A DNA stretch of 53,823 nt, filler included, from Sluysia triapertura (GCA_046118255.1; 4 parts of 4 records of this genome joined end to end with filler, not necessarily neighbours in it), one strand, 5' to 3'; positions 1-13,389 are shown, counted from the first letter of the whole stretch. Numbers and translations are program-made. Notes: a model not told the origin generated them from the sequence alone.

Positions 1-95
1 TTCTTTCTGTTTCAGAAATATTATGGTGAATGATTTACCTTAAGCGCTTTTGAGTACTTTCGCAGTAAATATGAGCGAATATAAATTAATATATT
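1..95 (+). mobile_element. 3' end of a LINE (CR1/L2-group-like, 'family A')
   Basis: Near-identical to the reverse complement of ~42807-42898, where the sequence continues upstream into an ORF2-like C-terminus. Includes the stop, a short hairpin region (..AAGCGCTTTTGAG) and an AT-rich tail. Confidence 0.65.
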
Positions 96-2080
96 ATTAT
101 TAGTATTCTCAAACAAACCACTATGCAAATATTTCGAACTCACTTATAGATTCTCCTCTTTCATAGCAATCATCTCATATTCCATTTATCACATTTGCAT
201 CACTCTAAGTATAAAAAATTCAACATTCCATAATTAAAAATTAAATAAAATTTGACTTTGCCCAATATTAAGGCTTTCCTCCATGAACTCTTCATCGAAA
301 TCTTCAAACCATACCTTCATCGAAAGGTTTTTCAAAACAAATCCATACGCAGTTTCAAATTTAACGTAGCATTCGGCATTCAAAAGTTATTCAGAAAAAC
401 GTTATTTTTCTTAATTAAGTTAATTAAGATTTTAATTAATTAATCTACTTTTAGACTTAATTTTAAAGGTTTTATTAAGGTTTTAAAGTTAATAGGGCTC
501 TAATTGAGGAGGCTCTAAATGTTTTCACCTTTTCCTCTCTGATTCCTTTTTTTGCTTCTTCATGATAATTATTACTATACTAGATTTATTCTTAATACCA
601 ATAAAAATGATTTTATTTTTCAAATATTTTAAAGATTTTAAACGCTTTATAGGATTACCAAAGGATCACAAATGCTCATCGATGTTCTAAGTTTCTTAAA
701 GGTTACTAAGGTCTTAAATGATCTTAAAGGTTCTAAAGTTCAAATGTACCTCAATGCTTCTAAAGGTTTTTCAAGTCCATCTCAAGCTTCCATAAGGTCT
801 CAAACCCTTACATACGTACTTGGAACCTTAAGGTATTCTTTAGCTGTTAAGATCATTATAAGCGTTTTTCTTTATCATGATTCTTATTGTTGTATCCTTT
901 TTACTTTTTATTTTACAAATTATTAATCAAAACTCAATAATTAAATAAATTCAGAATCTCGATATATTCTTTGAATAATCACAAAATTACAATTAAAAGA
1001 TATACATTATTCTTTATGACAACGACAATAGAAAGTACTCTTTATAACAAAATATTGCAAATTATTCTCTATAACAACGTAAATCACTCTTTAAAAACAA
1101 ATAAAAACCAGGGGTGACCCAACTTAAATCTTTGCACCCGTATTACTGCAAAATATACTCAATACAAAATAAATCACTAACCATAGGTCTTCTAACTCTA
1201 AATATTTATAATGAATAAGCCTTTATATCACCATTAACTACAGATATATCAATGCAGCGTCCCTCAGCTAGAAAGTTTCGGTAACTCAATTCTAACTTCT
1301 ATCTCTGTCGTTTTATTTCTAATTTTATGCAAAAATGTAACTGCTGTACAGCAGTTTTATGATGCTGTAGGAAATTAAAATCCAGAACTGAACAAGTCGG
1401 AAATTAAAGCCGTCTATTCTCTTTTAGTCGGCAATAAACCGACTAATTTTACTGATTGAATTTCGACAGCAATTTTCGTCTATATTCAAATTCAATCTAA
1501 TTTTAATTATCTAATGATAATGGGATTTGTGGTCAACAATCCCCTTATCTTCTTAATATCACCTAATCAAAATTTAAAATCATTGTTATTGTACCAATAA
1601 CGTAATTTGTTAACTTTATGAAATAATAAATCTATTACTCACAGGAGTATTCTGCATTAATACGTTGCGCGTCAATCATACGTCGCGCATCATTTTAAAA
1701 TAGTATCATTATAAGCATTAATTTGATATATACTTTATCAATACTTTTAGACATCGGAACATATTTAACTTTAATTTCAAATTACAAAGACTAATTAAAG
1801 TAACTAATATTTACATTATCTACATTGACATGCTTCGCGATACTTCATCATTAAAACCAATAATAAAACTGAACATTATACACATTTAATATCATTATAT
1901 CATGAGCAAACATTTTTATTGATTTATCAAATTAAATAAATTTTAATTAAGTTAATTAACAAATCTACTTTAGTATTTTAACAAATAAAGCCATGTATAA
2001 GGTTATTTTTTCGTATTTCACATCGTATTTCATATGCTTATCCTATCATTACAAGTTATCATAATCTGTGTTACGATGAT
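96..2080 (+). repeat. Copy A of a large non-coding interspersed/tandem repeat family
   Basis: Collinear diverged matches: ~100-1690 to revcomp ~9300-8235; ~1650-2080 to revcomp ~11050-10600; ~150-281 to 18068-18200. Shared motifs include TTCTCCTCTTTCATAGCAATCATCTC, GCAGCGTCCCT.CAGCTAGAAAGT and GGGATTTGTGGT.AACAAT.CCC. Confidence 0.85.
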
Positions 2081-4974
2081 TAAATTTTTACCACTATAAT
2101 AATATTAAACGTTTTAAATACTTAAATAATTATCTTTAAAACTTTTAATAGGTTCTTTTAAATGTTTTAATTATATATGATTAGATTTTTCATTTTAAAT
2201 ATTCGATAACTATTCAAACATGAAAATAAATATATACACTTCTTGGATTAACTACCTACTAATTAATATTCTTCAAACGGATAATCACAATTGTTCCCAG
2301 ACAGTGTATTTTTCAATATGCCCGCACATTTCCTTGTGTTCATCATAGTTTTGTTCGCTTTTTCTTAGCTCTAACAATTATAAAATATATTTAAGCTGGG
2401 TTCGTCTGTGTAACACGGTTTATCTTATACGGACGTGTCCACAGGATTTTAACGAATCAAATAACCTAACTCTTTTAGTTACTTAGTAATTTAATGTTTT
2501 AATTTGAATTTCTCAACCTTTAACTCATTTTAATCCACTTACTATAATAAAAAAGAGACATTTTACTAACAATGTTTACCTTCAAAATAAAATATTTTTT
2601 AAGGCAAAAATTTTATCCTAATCAAAAATGGTATTCTAATCAAGGTTAATTACAAAAATATCGAACAAAATATCAATGAATAAAAATAATAAATATAATA
2701 ATAAATATTCGATTTTAAAAGTTTAAATCCGAGTTTAACCCAGGATTAATACTTGGGTGCAAATAAAATAGATTTTATATATTGATTTTAAGGCAAAATT
2801 TATTAATGCTCATTACAAAATACTAGCTTACTTAAAGTATTTAAAAGCTCCTTCGAGAGTAATATCTTGGAATATACAGTATTTGACTCGAATAGCACCA
2901 ATCTTTAACAAAAGTCCTGGATTCACGAACATAATTTGTTTCCAAAAATTTTTAAACGACAAACAACATTTTCCAAATAAGATTGTTTCCAAAAATTAAG
3001 ACAACAAATAACCTATCCAATTAGCGCGGTGATAAAAGATTCTAACGATAGTATTTCTTTTCTCGCTTAATCCTTTTATTTGGTTTCTATTTATTTATCG
3101 TCCTGTGTACTTTCACTTAATAGAACCGTTTTTTATTGAAAATTTATTAATTATTTTATTTTTTAGAGTTCAAAGATTAATTTATTTTATACAGTTCATA
3201 GATGTTTAATAAACATTCACATTTATCTAATAAACATTTAAATTATAAACATTTAAGTTTCAACTTATTTTATAGATTAATTTTATAAACATTTATTTAA
3301 TTATAATAGATATATTATTTAATAAAATTATAATATTTATAATGATATTTACAAATAAACAGTTAAATAAAGTGTCCACACACACAATAATGATATTTAC
3401 AGTTTATTTTGTGAGATGGTCATATTTATTATTATTATTATCATTATTATTATTATTACATCTATATTATTTATTTTGTTGTTGTAATTACATTATTATA
3501 TATAATTTATTATTTTACTACTAGTTACACTAATAATTATAATATAAATGATAATAATAAGAATAAGAATAATAGTAATAATATTAATGATAATAATAAT
3601 AATAATGCTATAGTGAGAATGTGTTTTGTGTTTTATGCTGTCTATCATAATTAGTTGGAGCAAATAAATTAGATATAATTTCGATTTCATTGTACATAAA
3701 ATTCTCAATACCTATTTTTATTTATTTCTTATACATATGTTTACTTTTAGTTTAATTATCCTTTATTTATCGCCAAAATACAATACTTGTATTTTAAATG
3801 TCCTTATATCGTTGTGATTTTTGTTAATTTTAGAACTCTCTTAGACCAATTATTACTCTTCGTTTTGTTGCAAACAATGTTTTTTTAAACTAAAGATCTT
3901 AAAGGGCCAACTATCCAACACAAAAAATCCAAACATTTTGGTAAGAAAAAGTCAAATGGTAGTTCTACTGTTGAATCTTCCGGTACCAAGAGCAGTCCTT
4001 CCCGCACAAATGTTTCGTAGTGCTTAAAACTGGAGTTGTCGAAGAGTAAGTACATCTTGATCGTAGAATTTGACAATTTCATTAAACAACAATAAATTCA
4101 CATATTCATTTGCTAGACAGTAACTTTGTGACATAACTTCCATGAAGTAATAGCACTTTATACTTAAAATCTGATTTTAAACAGTTGTCAAGGTCAAAGT
4201 CGAATTATCAACAGTTACATTATTGATTTTAATTATTATGATGTTTTAACAATTACATTATTATTATTGATTATTTTAATGATTTTATTATTGGATTTTC
4301 ATTGGATTTTTATTGGATTTTCTAAATAATTTTTATTACTGTAAGTTTATTTTATTTTAATTATTAATTTTTAATAATTCTGCTTAAAAAATAAAAAAAT
4401 TTTAATTATGTGTTTAAAAAAACTGAAATTTCAATAATTTTGTTTAAGTAATTTTATTTAAATAGCCTTCAAGGTTAATATGTGAAAGTGTACAAATACT
4501 AATCACATATACATATTTTACACAATTCTTTTTACTCAATTACAATTTTATTTGTTGGCTCGTTTTGCTAAATTGGTGAAACATAATTTTGGACAAGACT
4601 TGAAACACTTTCACAAATTAACCTAACAAAATTTCTTTTTGTAAACGTTAGTTTATTTTATTTAGGACTAGATATTATTAAATATCACTGTAAAATATAC
4701 TTAAAATCTTTTGATAAAATAATTTTGATCTTGTAATAGATTACTGTAAATTCACTAATAACATTTTATCAATTGGAATTACAAAGGACAATTCCCAGTA
4801 AACTATTATATTATTTCCTTTTATTGTGAACTCATATTTTATTTTGTGTGATTAATAAATATTTTATAAAAATTAGTATTATCTTTATTAATTTTAAATT
4901 AAATAGTCTCAAAATAGAGAAATTCTTACTCCATAGAGAGTGTCTTAGTTAAATTTTGTTAACTAAGTAACTAA

Positions 4975-5185
4975 ATTTTAAAGAATCCTTATTATAGGAT
5001 TTATGCAAAATATCCATTAAATTGCTAATTCGAATTAACAAACCTCCAGACGACCAAAAAAACACAGTAAGAAATCTGTTAAACTCTTGAAAATTTTTTA
5101 ATTATCTAAAGTCCAACGGCTGTCCCTCGCTGGTAAGTCCAGTACGTTGGTGAACTCACGATATCTTAAATCAACTTTTATTCTA
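4975..5185 (+). mobile_element. 3' end of a LINE ('family B'), copy 1, with stem-loop and TTATTCTA tail
   Basis: CCAACG(5113-5118)...CGTTGG(5145-5150) hairpin, then TGAACTCA and TTATTCTA (5178-5185). Same arrangement at 12532 and 43513. Upstream CCTCCAGACG is shared with copy 2. Confidence 0.6.
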
Positions 5186-5322
5186 TTTGATTTACATACT
5201 TCTTTACCCTCACATTGTTCACACTTTTTGATTTGAAGTAATAATAATTTAACTTCTTTTGAAAGATTAATAAAAACTTTATAACAAATAAAGAAAAAGA
5301 TTTTATTGAACATTAAACGAAA

Positions 5323-6733
5323 TCAAAGCATATTTTTCAAATTTCCTTGTGATATTAATATTGCTGTCATAAAACATGTCACTGCACCACATTGTAGTTC
5401 GCGAATCCTTGTTTTATAATTACAATATAAAAAATAAAAGATAATGTAATTATTAATTATATACGAATAATAAAAATTTACCGAATATCCTGTAATAACT
5501 AAGGTTTTGATGGATGTCATCCGTATTTGTTCACATGAAGAATATAATTGCCGGACAAGGTAATGATCTCTTAGTATTCGCCATTGATCCAAATCTAATG
5601 TAATCATCTTTCTGACTAATTGCTCTATCAAATAACTGCATTATTTATCCAAAAGTGCCGAAGATATGACCATATTATCTTTATACAACTTGATAGCTCT
5701 ACAATATGAGTAATTTGCAAATTATAACATTCTTTCGCAGTCGAATAATTTATCACTAATATCCTTTCCGACGTATTTGTCCATCAATGTTATATATTGA
5801 CTCCACCAATTGCTCAACGAATCTTTAAAATGAGTTATTTGAATTAAATAATGATTGGCATCTTTAAGAACCAAAATTGATCCTTCTAACATAAATTTAT
5901 ATAAGATAGTACTAAATGACATTAATTCTATGCTAATAATTTGGTGATCCATTGAATAATTAACAAAACTAAAATTAAATAATTCTGATGAATAATGATT
6001 ATGATTGAATTTATATGACTTTTGTACTTAATGAACATCGATGTATATTTGGAAATCTTCGATACTACGTAGTATTTGCCAAAGAACTTGACGTAAGTGG
6101 CCCGAGAATTTTGCGTGTGACAATACTAAAGAGAATTGAGATATAACTCGTCGACTTACTAAAATTATTTGTGATGACAATACATGAAGATTTTGTAGAT
6201 AATCTTTTAGATTGTATTGACTATAACATAAATAAGCTTGGATAGTTAAATCGTTGTGTGCAGAACGCGATAATGATTGTAAATTATTAAAACATAATCG
6301 TATAATTTCACAGAGAATAAGTGAGCATTCCAAACGATAATCTAAAGCAGCAGATCTGAAACTACGTGCATTCTGTAGGTTCTGCAATTCATTAAAAGTC
6401 AGCTGTTTTATCTGAGGCATCAAACCTAATAATTCATAAATCCGCATAATTGAAATTAATTCAATGAGTTGCGACTTTCGATAATTACCAATTATTCCTG
6501 TGAATTTTGGTTGGATGTGAGCAAAATGAATAACATTGGATAGCTGATTATGAAATTTAATAAAAGTATGTTTAAGAAACTTTAACGATTTAGTTCGATC
6601 TTCGAATGACTTTATCAATATCTCACATTTTTGAAGAATTTATTGTTACGATGTTGTTTACATTATCATCAGATGGAATTTCATAAGGTTCAACTGCAAG
6701 AGCATGTTCAATTAATCTAGGAGAGGCGTTCAT
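5323..6733 (-). pseudogene. Degenerate protein-coding sequence, product unrecognised
   Basis: ORFs 6028-6618, 5722-5952 and 5323-5631 are in one frame, separated only by isolated in-frame TAA codons. Probable ATG at 6733 in a shifted frame. Plausible GTAAAT...AG intron near 5480-5410. Confidence 0.45.
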
Positions 6734-7131
6734 GATTTAAAAATTATTATTTAATATTTTTCTAAATCGTGTTCGTTGATTTTTTGTGTTCACACAATAA
6801 GTTATAATTCTATATGACGTTGTTCTGTTTTTACTTAACAATTATTAAGTCTTCTTTTTTTAGTAATATGGTACAAATAAATTTGTGAAATTCTTTTTTT
6901 AGATTGCCTTTCCTCATTTGTCATCCAATCAGGGATTGTGATATATAATTAATGAAATTCTACCTGATTGAATGACAGGCAGATATACAAATTGAGAAGC
7001 AAGAGTAATGATTGCTGATGATTGGCCATCATCAGTGTTGACACATTAATGAAAATTGTGATGAGAAGTGTCAACAATGGTGGTGGTAGTAACCAGTTTT
7101 AAATGAATTAAATACAATAATTTAATAATTG

Positions 7132-7165
<34 letters not shown>

Positions 7166-8229
7166 TATTGCTATTATTATTAATAAAAAGAAAATTCGCA
7201 TGAATCTCTTTTAGATATATTACAAGATCTTGCTTTCATCTCAATTCTTTATTCCTTACATATAAAAATAAACAATTGAAATAAAAATTGCTGACATTGT
7301 ATGAAAGAGCAACGAGTTATCGTTGCTGCTTCGTTGTATAAAATTGAATTCTTTAAAACTGTGCTTGATTTTCCTGAACTTCTTATTAATTTCTAAAATG
7401 TTAAAATGAATTAAAACTGATTTGTGACTAAATTGGAAAGAATTGGTAAATAAAATTAACCTTTAACGATATAATAATTGAATTGGGTCTTGAAATGAAA
7501 TAAAGAATGTTAGAATAAGTTCTTCGATATTGATTGAAGTTTATAATTGAAAATATTTAAGTATTGAAAAGTTTAAGTATTGAAATATCGTGGATGAAAA
7601 GACTTGTTGAGAAGATTGTAATTTAATGAATCTAAAAGGACAATTACAATACAACTCTTGGTGTATTTAAGATGTTATTGTACAATGTTTTGTGTGGTTT
7701 GTTTATTTGATGTTTTTGGTGTTGTTGTACTGTGTTGTTGATGATTATGCATAAATGAATAGTGAGTTTGAAATGTTTTAATTGATTCGAAGATGTGAAG
7801 TAGGTATTTTATACGTTTCGAGTAGATTTATTGGTGTCATGAAATGGTATTAGATGTAATTGTGGTTTATGTGTTATGAGTTTATGATTGTGATTTGGTT
7901 TAAGCAAATAAGCTATTGAATAAATATTAATAAATATTAGGTATTAATTGTTAAAGTGTAATGTAAAATAAAGGGTTCGAAAGTATTAAATGGGTTGTTT
8001 CAAATGTTTTGTTGTTGGATTATTGTAAATGTCGAGTAATGTTTCTGGTGAATTAGTTAATGTACTGTTAGGTGTAATCGTGATTAGGATGTTGTAAAAT
8101 TGTGGATATCGATTGATTTTAAGGAGTATGCAATAGATGGATGTGTGACTGTTAAAGTATAATGAAAAGAGAAGAAAAGGATATTGGTTTTTTATAAAAT
8201 TTTAGTGATTGTTAAGGTTGGCCACTACA

Positions 8230-11200
8230 CATCGTACGGTTGACGCACAACGAATTAATGTAAAATACTCCTGCGAGAAATTAATTTTATCATTAAATTA
8301 AGTTGACAAATTACGTTATTATTGTAAAAACAATGTAACAATGATTTTAAGTTTTAATTATATGATATTAAAAAGATAAGGGAATTGTTTACCACAAATC
8401 CCACTACTTTTAGATAATTAAAATGATAATGAAATTGAACATAGACGGAAATTGCTGTTGAAATTTAATCAGCCAAATTAGTCGACTTAATTTCTAATTT
8501 TTAATTTCTCTAATTACCATAAAAATTATATAGAAGCAGTTACATTTCTGCAAGAATAGCAGAAGTGAAACAAGAATTAAGAAAATGAAGAAAACTTTCT
8601 AGCTGTAGGGACGCTGCCTTAATTCATCCGTGGTTAAGGGTGATATCAGGGCTTATTCTTTAGTAATTGATTAAAATAAGTATTTAGAGTTAGAGTAATA
8701 AGGGCTAGTGAATTATTTTATATTAATTATAATTTTGTATTAATAGAGGTATGAAAATTTAAATAAGTTCTGTCACCCCTGGATAATATTTCTCATTGAA
8801 GAATAATTCATACTGTAATAAAGAATAATTTGTATCGTTGTTGTTATAAAGAATATTTTTGTTGTAATTTTATGATAATATAAAGATTATATCGAAATTT
8901 TGAATTTATTTAGTTATTCAGTTCTAATCTAATAATTTGAGAAAATGAAAGTATTAAAATTCACAACAAAACTTAGAATGAAAGAAGTTAAAATCAATAA
9001 ATAATTAATTAAAATCTTAATTAACTTAATTAAGAAAACTTACGTTAATGTGAATAACTTTTGAAAGAATAATGCTACATTAAAATTGTAATTGTGTATG
9101 TATGTGTTTTAAAGAGGTCTTCCGATGAAGATAAAGTTTGACTGAGTTCATGCTAGAAAAGCCTCCATATTAATTAAAAATGTTGAAATTTTGATATTTC
9201 GAATGATGAAGAAATTGAGTATGGAGTGATTGCTATGAAGGAGGAGAATCCGAAAATGAGGTTTAAATGTTTGTCAAATGGTTTATTTGGAAATGAGAAC
9301 ATTAAACATTTTCCATTAAAAAATTGAGTGTGAGGAATTGAAAATTAATTAAACTGTAAAAACAAAAATTAAATTCATCATTTTAAAGTATGTCAATAAT
9401 AATAATTGTTATTTTATTGTGTTGGAATATAGGCCTAAGGTGCCATTTGGTATAATTGAGTATAGAAATCTAAAAATGGTTAGACGAAGTTCAGCATCTA
9501 ACTATGCAGCGAGAGGTCTCGGTTTCGATCCCCGGTCAGTCCATTTTATGAAGCCTAACAATTGTACGAAGTGATTCATGAAAAAATAGATCAAGTAGAG
9601 TAGAAAAAAATAAGAATTGATAATTAATCGAATTGTTATGTTTTACTTGATAGATTGTACCACGCAAATGTCAAAGTCGTTTTAGTCGGTTTAATCTTTA
9701 AAAGAGGTTTAAAGTAAGAGTAATTCCTGAATGTGAGTTTGAGAGTGATTGGACGATAGACAGGTATAAATGCGAATACGTAAAAAATTTAATTCACAAA
9801 AAAGGACAACATTCACGAAAGACAACAAAAAAATCCATGGTAACAATAAAAATTATGGTAACGTTTTTTATTTTTTCTTGTTTTATGATTTTAATTATTA
9901 AAAATAATTTTTGGGAAATTTTTACTCATTGATAAATTTGAATTTTTTGGGAGGCTCCCTGCCCGAATTATTTTGAAATATTTTAAGTTATATATTTAAT
10001 TATTATCTTAATTTTAATTTTAATTTTAGCTTTTTAGATACTGATTTTAATTGAATTTTGTGAGACTCTCTGCCCAAATTATTTTACAGTTTTTTGGTTA
10101 TTAAGTTAGAATAGATTTATTATTATTTCAATTTCTTTAGATATTGGTATTTTAATTTTTGTTGTTTGTTGTGTCACCTCTGGTTTATTTGGTTAGATTT
10201 TTGTGGTATTAATGTTGTGATAAATTTTATTTTTAACTTTGAAATTTAGTTATTATTCATTTCGTTATTTGTATTATTGTTCAAGAAGAAACTTATATTA
10301 ATGACTTGTATTTGATTTTGTAATTATTATATTACTGACTTATTGTTATTAAGTCACGAAATGAATAATTATAACAAGTAATTTTGAATAAATATATCAA
10401 GTAATTATCCTATTTTTAATCTCCTAAGCAATTACAAATTATCGCATTTTTGTAATAAAATCAGAAAAAGATAGCTGGACAAGACAAATAATTTAAAATA
10501 TCGAGGTTCATTTTGTTGGGATTAGAAACAACTGAGGAAAAAAATATCGGTTATAACTCAAGATAATATAATAAAATGAACATCATTGAATAATTAATAT
10601 AAGGTATTACGATGAATTGTAATAACAAAATAAGCATATAAAATACTAGAATTAAGACAAAATAATAAAAAAATACTAAGAAATAACATTTTATAAGGTT
10701 GGTTTTATTTGTTAAAATATTAAAGTACATCTGTTAATTAATTTATTAAAATGTTTTAATGAAAATGTTCTCTAATGATATAATGATATTAGATTTAGTG
10801 TATAATGATGAGTTTTATTAGTACTATTAATGATGAAGTGTTGCGAAGCACGTCGACGTATACAACTTAAAAATTACTTATTTTAATTAGTTTTGATAAT
10901 TTAAAAAAAAGTTAAATATGTTCCATTGGGTAAGTATTAGTAAAGTATAAATTAAATAGATATTCATAAAGATACCAATCCAAATATCTTATTGCACTTG
11001 ACGTACAATATACGGTTGACGCACAAAGTATTATACAATAAATTCCTATAGAAAAATAAATTTATTATTCCATTAATTTTATCCTTAATTTAAGATAATA
11101 AATTGTGTTACTGATAGAATAGCTATAAAATTGTCAAGTCTAAGTCTAATAACAAATGTGAAAGATAACAAAGTTTAGTCTACTTAATATGTGTTTCAAT

Positions 11201-12090
11201 GTATGTATGATAATAATGTCTGTTTAATTTTAATCAATTATTTAATCAATTTTTAATCAGTAATTTTAACTCTTTATATTTTATGAAATTAATAATAAAA
11301 GTTTAATAATTTTAATAGAATTTATTTTCAAATTTTTAAAATTCATTTGAATTACTTTTGCCAAATTAATATATCACTATATTTACGATCAGACTAATTA
11401 AATTATTTAAATTTGTTTAAATTCTATATGAAGATCACTTCCAAAAACTATTTAAGAATACATACAAACTACGTTTTTCACAATTTTGTTTTTACAAATT
11501 ACATTTCACATTTATTTTGTTTTATTGACTTCATGTCAGGAAATTTGAAATAAATTATTTAACGAAGATTATATCACGATCTATTCAACGGAAGAATCAA
11601 TCTTACGATTTAAATGATGAAGGATATTCCATTATTCATTTGACGGAAAGATACTTTTGCCTTTTGAAGAATTCCATTTAATGATAAGATCTTATTGTTA
11701 AGGTAAGAAAATTTTACTAAAAATGAATTATAATTTTGATAATAAAAGATTATATGATGATCTGATAATATTTTATTAATTATTTATATATTAATCTTAT
11801 AACATTTCATCACTAATTATTGTCATTTTGTTCATATACATAATTTTAATATACCTTATAATTATTGGAACTTTTGTTTATAAGGGGATTGTTTACCACA
11901 AATTCCCATTATTTTTAGATAATTAAAAAGATAAATGAAATTTGACTCGGGCTGAAGTTAGTGCTGAAATTTAATCATTAAAATTCGTCGGCTTATCACC
12001 GACTAAAAAGAATGAACAACAGTTTTAATCTACGTCTTGACCAATTTTCAATTTCCCAAATAATCGTAAAAACTGCTACATAAACAGAAA
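8230..12090 (-). repeat. Copy B of the large repeat family (more than one unit, head-to-tail)
   Basis: TACGGTTGACGCACAA occurs at 8235 and 11011, and GGG(A/G)ATTGTTTACCACAAAT at ~8380 and ~11884, all in the same orientation. The intervening DNA matches copies A and C in reverse complement. Confidence 0.8.
9420..9560 (+). mobile_element. tRNA-containing TG...CA mini-element (solo-LTR-like), copy 1
   Basis: Starts TGTTGG and ends CCTAACA, flanked by a perfect 4-bp duplication ATTG (9416-9419 / 9561-9564). Contains a tRNA T-arm/B box and acceptor 3' end (TTCGATCCCCGGTCAGTCCA) plus TTTT. Homologous to 15820-15980. Confidence 0.8.
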
Positions 12091-12339
12091 AAGGAGAAAA
12101 AGCAGAATAAAAATATGATATGTCTTTGATAAAATCATTATATTTTTTAGATTTTAACCGTCACAGAGTTAAAATACGAAAAATATGATTGTATTATACA
12201 TTATTTATTTTTTCCACGATATTATTGTTTCATAATAAATTATTAAAGAAGATTTTTATTATTCAATTTACATAGTTTCAAAGTGTAAAATCTGTAAACA
12301 AAATTGCTTTCGACAATTGGAATTTAAATCCAATTACGC

Positions 12340-12608
12340 AAAATATTGTTAAGATTCCATTTCAAGGAATCAACGCAAAGTCATTCAAATAATATTATTA
12401 TTAATTTTTTAATAAAATCTTATAAATTCCTTGAGTATCAAACTTACCTCCAGACGTCTTTAATTTAATATTTAGCGAAGCCCTTTGAGCATTTCTTTTA
12501 GCTTTATTTAAGAAATCTTTTATTCTCAAATCCAACGGCTGGCCCTAACCGGTAAGCCCAGTACGTTGGTGAACTCATGTAAAACTATCCCTTTATTCTA
12601 TTATTCTA
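12340..12608 (+). mobile_element. 3' end of LINE family B, copy 2
   Basis: Relic ORF2-like C-terminal peptides (KIPFQGINAKSFK ... NLPPDV ... LFKK), CCAACG(12532)...CGTTGG(12564-12569) hairpin, and a tandem TTATTCTA x2 tail (12593-12608). Confidence 0.6.
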
Positions 12609-13389
12609 CTTTAAAGAATATATTAAGAGTCCAAATTTGTTTAATTATTCACTTAGAATTTTATATTGTAAAATAAAAATAATAGACACAACACTTTTAT
12701 TTCTCGTCCGGCTAACGTATTATTTTATTTTTTTAATTTTACTGCAAAAAATGTGACTGTTTATATAATATTTAGGAAATTGGAACTTATTTTCCAAAAA
12801 AGAAATTATTTTTTCATCAAAGAAAATAAAAAGTCGTCTCCATTTTAGAAAATACAAATTTTTCAATCTCATGTGTGATTCAAGATAATTGTGAATTTTA
12901 GTAATTGTCGCAATTTCCAGCTATTCCTCAATCATTCTCTGGACAATATTAATTTTTGGTAATTTATATATTTTTAAGGGCGATTTTAACTTTCGAAGTT
13001 GAAATCATAAAATACAAGTAAATTTCATATTATAAAGTTTTTTAAGTCCCCGATATATTGAGGGGTAAAATCTACTCAAACTATATTAGCACTAGATTAA
13101 AACGCTCATGGAACTTTAATCTTTAAACTAATTATTTGTTTCTCTAGTTCTAGTACCTTAGTTATTTAAAATTTTCGTATTTTTTGAATAAAAAATTAAT
13201 ACTTTCGTGTTAAATTATTAAATTAATACTATTGAGTGATTATAAGACCTTCTACCATTAATCTATTAGCTAGAAATTAATTTTTATGTAATCTTTTAAC
13301 TTATTAGTTACAGAAGTGCCAACGATATGTTGTAAGACCTTTACTGTAACCGGACCCTGCTCAAAAATACTTTGCTATAGTTCAATGTT

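Noticed and set aside
3300-3710. Short Ile/Leu/Tyr/Asn-rich ORFs (also ~33047, ~36850, ~50527)
   Set aside because: Products of low-complexity (TTA/TAA)n-like DNA.
5113-5150. HDV/twister ribozyme or spliced-leader RNA interpretation of the CCAACG hairpin
   Set aside because: The TCCCTCGCTGG resemblance is in one copy only. No pseudoknot partners or Sm site were seen, and the context fits a LINE 3' end better.
5323-6618. Stop-codon reassignment (TAA as sense)
   Set aside because: The 951-codon cyclase ORF and the PPIP5K exon contain no in-frame stops in this AT-rich genome, and other broken genes also have frameshifts.
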